Position numbers and translations under genes: made by a program. Below are positions 26,903 to 32,000 of a stretch of DNA of 32,000 bases, piece after piece. How positions within the stretch are numbered: position 1 is the stretch's first letter; each line of letters opens with the position of its first letter. The notes beneath the pieces are model-generated. The model saw only the letters and a program-made list of their open reading frames with translations. It had not been told where the DNA came from and did no database searches. The DNA comes from Aliivibrio fischeri ES114. Lineage in GTDB: Bacteria; Pseudomonadota; Gammaproteobacteria; Enterobacterales; Vibrionaceae. The stretch lies in assembly GCF_000011805.1 (NCBI RefSeq), contig NC_006841.2; one strand, written 5' to 3'.

Positions 26903-27877
26903 TTAACGATTTAAACGTTGATCAATCTCTACTGCCAGTGCTACTGATGCTCCAACCATTGGGTTATTCCCCATTCCAATAAAACCCATCATCGCAACAT
27001 GTGCAGGTACAGATGAACTTCCAGCAAATTGTGCATCTGCATGCATTCTTCCCATGGTATCTGTCATACCGTAAGATGCAGGACCAGCTGCTACATTATC
27101 AGGGTGTAAAGTTCGTCCTGTACCACCACCAGAGGCCACAGAGAAGTACGGTTTTCCTTGAGATAAACGTTCTTGTTTATAAATGCCAGCAACAGGGTGC
27201 TGAAAACGTGTAGGGTTCGTTGAATTCCCCGTAATGCTCACATCCACATTTGCAGCATGCATAATAGCGGTGCCTTCACGAACATCATCCGCACCATAAC
27301 ATAAAATATCCCCACGCTCTGTTTGCGAAAAACGCTTTCTACTTACTTCAACCAATTCACCGGTTTGATAATTAAATTCTGTTCTTACATAAGTAAAACC
27401 ATTAATACGCGAGATAAGATAAGCGGCATCTTTACCTAAACCATTTAATACCACTCTTAATGGTGTTTGACGTGATTTATTTGCATTTAATGCAATTTTA
27501 ATCGCCCCTTCAGCAGCAGCAAAAGACTCATGACCAGCTAAAAATGCAAAGCACTGAGTTTCTTCCGATAATAAACGAGCTGCTAATGCACCATGACCAA
27601 GTCCAACTTGACGCTGCTCAGCAACACTCCCTTTTTTACAAAATGCTTGTAGCCCTTCACCAATCATAGTTGCAGCGGTTACCGCACTGTTTGCTTTTCG
27701 AAATAGTGCTAAAGCAGAGCCTAAAGTATAAGCATCACACGCATTATCAAAAGCAATCGGCTGAGTATCTAATACCAATTTCTTAGGATCGATCCCAGCT
27801 TCAAGGCAATAATCATATGCTTGCTCAAGTGTTGAGAAGTTCATTTCTTCAAGTAATGTTTGGATATTTGTATTCAT
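26903..27877 (-). CDS. GGGtGRT-family protein (uncharacterised)
   Basis: 324 aa containing the eponymous motif SVASGGGTGRTLHPDN. It starts 14 nt after the upstream NifU-like gene stop, which is the same gene pairing I recall for this family. Confidence 0.85.
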   Translation of the reverse strand: MNTNIQTLLEEMNFSTLEQAYDYCLEAGIDPKKLVLDTQPIAFDNACDAYTLGSALALFRKANSAVTAATMIGEGLQAFCKKGSVAEQRQVGLGHGALAARLLSEETQCFAFLAGHESFAAAEGAIKIALNANKSRQTPLRVVLNGLGKDAAYLISRINGFTYVRTEFNYQTGELVEVSRKRFSQTERGDILCYGADDVREGTAIMHAANVDVSITGNSTNPTRFQHPVAGIYKQERLSQGKPYFSVASGGGTGRTLHPDNVAAGPASYGMTDTMGRMHADAQFAGSSSVPAHVAMMGFIGMGNNPMVGASVALAVEIDQRLNR

Positions 27878-27891
27878 AATGATGGCCTCAA

Positions 27892-28584
27892 TTATTCTTG
27901 ACGTGGATCGACAGTTTTTACTGCTTCAGAAAAGCGTCCATAAGTACCCTTAGCACCTTTTAACGCTTCGTCAGCAGAAATACCTTTTCCAATATCAGCC
28001 ATCATTTTGCCAAGATTCAAATACTCATAACCAATCACTTCACTGTCTTCATCAAGACCTAAGCGAGTTACGTATCCTTCGGCTAATTCCATATAACGCA
28101 CACCTTTTGCATTAGTTGAATAACTCGTACCAACTTGGCTTCGTTTGGTTTTACCTAAATCTTCTAATGCAGCTCCAACCTCTAAACCACCTTCAGAGAA
28201 AGCAGATTGAGTTCGACCATAAGCAAATTGAAGGAATATTTCACGCATCGCAACATTGATTGCATCGCATACCAAATCCGTATTCATTGCTTCTAAAATG
28301 GTTTTTCCTGTCAGGATCTCAGCAGCCATTGCTGCAGAATGTGTCATGCCAGAACAGCCAATCGTTTCGATCAGTGCTTCTTCAATAATGCCTTCTTTCA
28401 CATTTAAAGTTAATTTGGCAGCCCCTTGCTGAGGAGCACAAGCACCTACGCCATGACTTAATCCAGAAATCGCTATTACTTCTTTTGGATTAATCATTCT
28501 TCCTTCAACAGGAATTGGTGCTGATGGGTGAAGATCGCCTCTTTGAATAGGGCACATGGTTTGAATTTCAGATGCGTATTGCAT
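27892..28584 (-). CDS. NifU/IscU-N-terminal-like Fe-S scaffold-like protein (long form, 230 aa)
   Basis: An IscU-like core with three spaced Cys (GVGACAPQ..., ETIGCSGMTHSAAMAAEILTGKTILEA, DLVCDAI) plus a C-terminal extension of about 100 aa. Confidence 0.75.
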   Translation of the reverse strand: MQYASEIQTMCPIQRGDLHPSAPIPVEGRMINPKEVIAISGLSHGVGACAPQQGAAKLTLNVKEGIIEEALIETIGCSGMTHSAAMAAEILTGKTILEAMNTDLVCDAINVAMREIFLQFAYGRTQSAFSEGGLEVGAALEDLGKTKRSQVGTSYSTNAKGVRYMELAEGYVTRLGLDEDSEVIGYEYLNLGKMMADIGKGISADEALKGAKGTYGRFSEAVKTVDPRQE

Positions 28585-28738
28585 AATGTTTTCCCATTGG
28601 TAAGGAAAACAGGTGTAGGAGGGTATATGACCTACAGACCAAGAGCGAACAGCAATCTCAATCTAGATAAGTAACTATATAGATACTTATTTGGATTGAC
28701 ATACAACGTCCATTCAACAGATACACCTGTTCTCTATT
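28585..28738 (-). promoter_or_regulatory. riboswitch expression platform: long-range anti-aptamer helix, anti-sequestor helix and SD-sequestering hairpin
   Basis: Minus-strand RNA, plus-strand coordinates. A is AUGACUCCUACAGA (28751-28738) and A' is UCUGUAGGUCAU (28638-28627); they form 12 bp with a 2-nt bulge. B is GAGAACAGGUGUA (28734-28722) and B' is UACACCUGUUUUC (28617-28605); they form 13 bp with one G-U. C is GUUUUCC (28610-28604) and C' is GGAAAAC (28594-28588); they form 7 bp, covering the GGGAA SD 7 nt before AUG 28584. B' and C share GUUUUC. A overlaps the aptamer pseudoknot strand. Confidence 0.6.
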
Positions 28739-28793
28739 CTGTAGGAGTCATCAGCCAACATTGGCGGTTAAGTAGGTGGAACCCCATCACCTT
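28739..28793 (-). promoter_or_regulatory. fluoride riboswitch aptamer (crcB RNA motif)
   Basis: Minus strand: AAGGUGAUGGGGUUCCACCUACUUAACCGCCAAUGUUGGCUGAUGACUCCUACAG. From memory, B. cereus crcB is GGCGAUGGAGUUCGCCAUAAACGCUGCUUAGCUAAUGACUCCUAC and the T. petrophila crystal construct is GGGCGAUGAGGCCCGCCCAAACUGCCCUGAAAAGGGCUGAUGGCCUCUACUG. Shared elements are P1 (AGGUG/CACCU), GAUGG.GUUC, AAC-CGCC, a small P3 (GCCA-AUGU-UGGC), CUGAUGACUCCUAC, and the pseudoknot between loop GGGGU and ACUCC (one G-U). Confidence 0.8.
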
Positions 28794-28803
28794 TACGTAT
28801 TCA

Positions 28804-28833
28804 ATATTAGCTCCAAAGAACACGCAGTCGCAA
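28804..28833 (-). promoter_or_regulatory. putative sigma70 promoter of the riboswitch-controlled operon (-35 TTGCGA, 18-nt spacer, -10 TAATAT)
   Basis: Minus strand: TTGCGA (28833-28828) and TAATAT (28809-28804). The predicted TSS is a few nt upstream of the aptamer P1 (28792). Confidence 0.4.
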
Positions 28834-28954
28834 CAGGGTTATTAGACTTATTTTATATATTAAAGCCAACTTTTATATTAGATAAACCATAAAGATTGAG
28901 TATTTATCACTAGTTAAGGTAAGTAATACAACGTAATGTAATATTACTTAAAAC

Positions 28955-29386
28955 TTAAAATCGTGAGCGATAACTACGATGGCATCCATTACAGGTATCC
29001 TGTGCCAGCTCTAAACCAGCTTCTGCCGCCTCTTTATCTTGTTGTTGGCTTGCTTGATATAGCAAAGCAAAACCACTATCCATCTCTTTCATCAGTTGAT
29101 TAAACTTTTCCGGTTTATCCCACACCGCTTTTTTTGCTTTACTGCCTTCTTGGCTCCCTTCAGTAAAAGCCGTATTTAATAATTGACTATGTTGAACCAA
29201 TTGCTGACTGATCGATTCAATTTCGCTCCAATTTAGTACATTTTCATCCATCATCTCTTCTACTTGCTCTGATTGATTTTCAATATGTACAAAAGCCTGT
29301 TGTCTCGCGTTAATTAGGTCAACACTCGCTTGAGCAAATGCAATATTTGGTAATAAAACACATAAACTAATTACTAATTTTTTCAT
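28955..29386 (-). CDS. cytochrome c' (class II c-type cytochrome)
   Basis: Signal peptide MKKLVISLCVLLPNIAFA, a four-helix-bundle-like sequence, and a single C-terminal haem site CNGCHRSYR, as in the cytochrome c'/c-556 family. Confidence 0.82.
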   Translation of the reverse strand: MKKLVISLCVLLPNIAFAQASVDLINARQQAFVHIENQSEQVEEMMDENVLNWSEIESISQQLVQHSQLLNTAFTEGSQEGSKAKKAVWDKPEKFNQLMKEMDSGFALLYQASQQQDKEAAEAGLELAQDTCNGCHRSYRSRF

Positions 29387-29430
29387 TACGTTCTCTCTTA
29401 ATAGATGTCTGTCTCGCTTCGAGTTGCATT

Positions 29431-29478
29431 TAATTTACATCACAACAGTTGCGCATGCAACTGTTGTGATGTAAATTA
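29431..29478. promoter_or_regulatory. perfect 22-bp inverted repeat (48 bp including a 4-nt centre) in the divergent cyt c' / cyt b561-marR promoter region; putative operator
   Basis: TAATTTACATCACAACAGTTGC-gcat-GCAACTGTTGTGATGTAAATTA, with no mismatch. It lies 45 nt from the cyt c' ATG and 43 nt from the cyt b561 ATG. Confidence 0.6.
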
Positions 29479-29520
29479 TCTCTCAGTTAGTTAAAACATC
29501 CATTAATTAGGAACAAGAAA

Positions 29521-30159
29521 ATGAAGATTTGGGATTTACCAACACGCATATATCATTGGCTTCAAGCACTGCTTTTTATCGGATTAGCCGCAAGTGGTTT
29601 TAATGGTGAAGGACCACATATCTATTTAGGTTTGGCTCTTTTTACTCTTATTTTATGGCGTATTGTGTGGGGCTTTATCGGAAGTGACACGAGCCGTTTT
29701 AAACAATTTATTTCTTCTCCAAAACGTACAATTTCTTATTTATTAGGAAAAGAACCATCAAAAGCAGGTCATAATCCAGCGGGATCTTGGATGGTTATTG
29801 GGTTGATTTCCACCTTATTCATTCAATGCATTACTGGAATTGCATTAGCAGGATTATTCGATCACATCCCTTATGCCGATATTGTATTAAATGACAATGT
29901 CTTTGATGTTTTTGTTACTCTACATGGAGTATGTGCACGCTTATTACCTGTATTAGTCGTATTGCATTTAGTCGCCATTCTCTTTTATAAATTACGCTCA
30001 AAGCCGCTTGTTTGGGCAATGATCACTGGCGTACAAAAGAAACTTACAGAACATCAAATGTCATCAAATCTAGTGTTTGTATCAAATAAGCGTGCATTAT
30101 TAGTGCTAATTGCAACAGGATTAGTTACCATTGCAATAGTTGTAAGCGCAGGAGTTTGA
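29521..30159 (+). CDS. cytochrome b561-family / Ni-Fe-hydrogenase-type b cytochrome membrane protein
   Basis: MKIWDLPTRIYHWLQALLFIGLAASGF (His-containing TM1), WRIVWGF, a further His in TM HLVAILFYK, and four TM helices. Confidence 0.8.
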   Translation: MKIWDLPTRIYHWLQALLFIGLAASGFNGEGPHIYLGLALFTLILWRIVWGFIGSDTSRFKQFISSPKRTISYLLGKEPSKAGHNPAGSWMVIGLISTLFIQCITGIALAGLFDHIPYADIVLNDNVFDVFVTLHGVCARLLPVLVVLHLVAILFYKLRSKPLVWAMITGVQKKLTEHQMSSNLVFVSNKRALLVLIATGLVTIAIVVSAGV

Positions 30160-30590
30160 ACACAATGGAAGAATTTGATCGTCAAAGTAGCTTTGGTTGG
30201 ATGATAAATGTCATTGCTAATCAAGCATCAAAACGTTTCGAAACAGAATTAAAACAGCACGGCTTAACTGTTGCGCTGTGGCCAACCATGATGTGCCTAT
30301 GGGAAGAGGAAGGAGTAACTCAACGTGATATTGCTGAAAAGTCAAAAGTGGAAAACTCCACAACCACTCGAACATTAGATAAGTTAGAAAAACTTGGTCT
30401 TGTTGAACGACAAGCAGATCCCAATAGTCGTCGTTCCTTTCGAATTTACTTAACTGATGAAGGTCGAGCATTAAAAGAAACCCTTTTGCCAATCCCTATT
30501 AAAGTAAATAAAGAAATACTTAGCTCTCTTGATCTAAATGAGCAAAAAGAGATGATTCGACTACTGCAAAAAATGGTCGCAGCTGTATAA
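30156..30590 (+). CDS. MarR-family transcriptional regulator (possible EctR/CosR-like regulator; unverified)
   Basis: wHTH: GVTQRDIAEKSKVENSTTTRTLDKLEKLGLVERQADPNSRRSFRIYLTDEG. The ORF-track start is TTG 30156, overlapping the cyt b561 TGA. The first ATG is at 30165. It lies 263 nt upstream of ectA. Confidence 0.85.
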   Translation: MNTMEEFDRQSSFGWMINVIANQASKRFETELKQHGLTVALWPTMMCLWEEEGVTQRDIAEKSKVENSTTTRTLDKLEKLGLVERQADPNSRRSFRIYLTDEGRALKETLLPIPIKVNKEILSSLDLNEQKEMIRLLQKMVAAV

Positions 30591-30611
30591 ATATTACTCT
30601 TTTAAACTAAT

Positions 30612-30642
30612 AAATAGCCCAAATCATCATGGGCTATTTTTG
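30612..30642 (+). terminator. rho-independent terminator after the MarR gene
   Basis: AAATAGCCCA-(loop)-TGGGCTATTT, a stem of about 10 bp running into TTTTTG. Confidence 0.6.
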
Positions 30643-30853
30643 TATCTACGCCACCTTCATATCCAAATCAAAGCCCTCACAGATACTAAGAGAACTAATC
30701 TATTTTTCTCTATTTATTATTTTAGCAATCGAAGCTAAACGTGATTTAGATCGCATTTAATTAGGCCTAATCGTCTTTTTTGCGCCATTAATTTGCTTTT
30801 CAACTGCTAAAAATGCCCATAATAAAAAGGAATTTAATTAGAGTACAAAGGAT

Positions 30854-31411
30854 ATGTATTTACATATGGCTATCGCAGCGCCCAGAATCTTGTGTCCAGA
30901 TATGGATTCTGACACAACAAAAAAATGGATTTTTCGAGAACCTTCGAGGACAGACGGTGACGATGTTTACGCATTGATCACCGAGTGTCCTCCTCTTGAT
31001 ATAAACTCTTCATACTGCAACTTTCTTCAAGCTACTCATTTCAGTAAAACCTGCGTTTTGGCAGAGAAAGATGGCGATCTCGCTGGCTTTATCTCTGGGT
31101 ATCAAGAACCTGATGAACCGAATACGCTGTTCATATGGCAAGTCGCCGTCTCCCCACGTTACCGAGGTAAAGGTTTAGCGTTTTCTATGCTAACCACGCT
31201 TTTAGAGCGAAAAAACCTTCTGCATATCGAATTTATAGAAACCACAATAACCAAAGCAAATAACGCCTCTTGGTCACTATTTAAAAAAATTGATGCCCAA
31301 TATGGAAATCAAGGGCAAGTCACTACGTTTCTAGATAAAGAATCACACTTTAAAGGCAAGCACGATACAGAGTATTTGTATCGTATCCCTCTAAAATCTT
31401 CACAAAAATAG
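30854..31411 (+). CDS. ectA: L-2,4-diaminobutyrate acetyltransferase (ectoine biosynthesis)
   Basis: GNAT fold with the EctA-typical N-terminus [35 protein letters not shown] and Q/RxxGxG-type CoA loop [10 protein letters not shown]. It is followed directly by ectB. The true start may be ATG 30902 (MDSDTTKKW...). Confidence 0.88.
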   Translation: MYLHMAIAAPRILCPDMDSDTTKKWIFREPSRTDGDDVYALITECPPLDINSSYCNFLQATHFSKTCVLAEKDGDLAGFISGYQEPDEPNTLFIWQVAVSPRYRGKGLAFSMLTTLLERKNLLHIEFIETTITKANNASWSLFKKIDAQYGNQGQVTTFLDKESHFKGKHDTEYLYRIPLKSSQK

Positions 31412-31431
31412 GAATCATAAACGGACTCATC

Positions 31432-32000
31432 ATGAATATTTTCAAGAAGCAAGAATCACAAGTGCGCTCATACTCAAACAATTTCCCAGTTGTTTTTCAA
31501 AAAGCAAAAGGCAGCTGGCTAGAAACTGAAAATGGAGAGCGTTACCTAGACTTCCTTGCCGGAGCCGGATCACTTAACTACGGTCACAACAACCCAGTCT
31601 TAAAGCAAGCTTTACTTGAATACATCGAAAACGACGGTATCACTCATGGCTTAGACATGCACTCTAGTGCAAAAGCCACATTTTTAAATGCCCTGAGCCG
31701 TTATATTCTCGAACCAAGAAACCTAGAATACAAGGTACAGTTCACGGGACCTACAGGTACCAATGCTGTTGAGGCCGCTTTAAAACTGGCACGAAAAGTC
31801 ACTAACCGAACCAATATTGTCGCGTTCACTAATGGCTTTCATGGTTGTACAGCCGGAGCACTGGCGGCAACGGGGAATCAACACCATCGCCAAGGTGCCG
31901 GTGTTAGCTTAAGCAATATTACACGCATTCCTTTTGAAGGTTATGCTGATATCGATGGACTTAACCTGTTTGAGACCATGCTATCTGACAATTCAAGCGG
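31432..32000 (+). CDS. ectB: diaminobutyrate--2-oxoglutarate transaminase, 5' fragment (3' end outside the window)
   Basis: The open frame from ATG 31432 to the window edge gives [59 protein letters not shown]...[19 protein letters not shown]. This is a class-III aminotransferase with an EctB-typical N-terminus. It is not in the ORF track because it has no stop. Confidence 0.88.
   Translation, partial: MNIFKKQESQVRSYSNNFPVVFQKAKGSWLETENGERYLDFLAGAGSLNYGHNNPVLKQALLEYIENDGITHGLDMHSSAKATFLNALSRYILEPRNLEYKVQFTGPTGTNAVEAALKLARKVTNRTNIVAFTNGFHGCTAGALAATGNQHHRQGAGVSLSNITRIPFEGYADIDGLNLFETMLSDNSS

Noticed and set aside
28920-28949. Hairpin AAGTAATA...TATTACTT as a terminator of the cytochrome c' gene.
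   Set aside because: It is an 8-bp all-A/T-rich stem with a 13-nt loop and no following U-run on the minus strand. That is too weak to call.
28585-28954. First guess was that the long structured leader of the NifU-like/GGGtGRT operon was a cobalamin or Moco riboswitch.
   Set aside because: There is no B12 box (GCCACUG-type), no AGGGAA...GGUG core, and no Moco-type conserved segments. The sequence instead matches the fluoride (crcB) aptamer almost element for element.
1-32000. CRISPR arrays, rRNA/tRNA genes, IS elements/transposases and prophage modules.
   Set aside because: No regularly spaced repeats, no conserved rRNA/tRNA structures in the intergenic regions inspected, and no transposase-like ORFs or terminal inverted repeats were seen. 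The only mobility-type gene is the lone tyrosine recombinase.

Overview
This is an AT-rich gammaproteobacterial chromosomal window. It looks Vibrionaceae-like, but that is inference only, from ectAB, a CspA-type gene, gene content and composition. It holds about 30 genes with no rRNA, tRNA, CRISPR or transposase.

Layout:
- 1-2.7 kb: 3' part of an ABC importer operon (two permeases, an ATPase, a HAD-IB hydrolase).
- 3.2-3.4 kb: a CspA-family cold-shock gene with a long leader.
- 3.7-13.4 kb: a minus-strand cluster that looks like one operon and encodes only exported proteins. It contains an OmpA-like outer-membrane protein, an Ig-repeat lipoprotein, a 400-aa Ig/lectin-like protein and two paralogous RCC1-like beta-propeller proteins, one ending in a DUF1566/Lcl-C-like lectin domain. 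The last gene encodes a 300-aa secreted protein whose roughly 50 %-identical paralog lies inverted at 17.6 kb.
- 13.8-14.7 kb: a tyrosine recombinase with a catalytic domain only, flanked by short direct repeats.
- 14.9-17.4 kb: an emrAB-like efflux pair.
- 18.6-26.8 kb: ordinary regulator and exporter genes (MscS-family channel, FMN reductase, 2x LysR, AsnC, 2x LysE, CDF, a TPR membrane protein).
- 26.9-28.8 kb: the clearest non-obvious signal. A fluoride (crcB-motif) riboswitch aptamer lies on the minus strand. A roughly 150-nt platform of three mutually exclusive helices follows it. Together they sit in front of a NifU-like / GGGtGRT two-gene operon of unknown function.
- 28.9-32 kb: cytochrome c', then a perfect 22-bp inverted repeat, then a cytochrome b561-MarR operon, then ectA and the 5' part of ectB.

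All function calls rest on motifs read by eye and remembered family features. No database search was possible.
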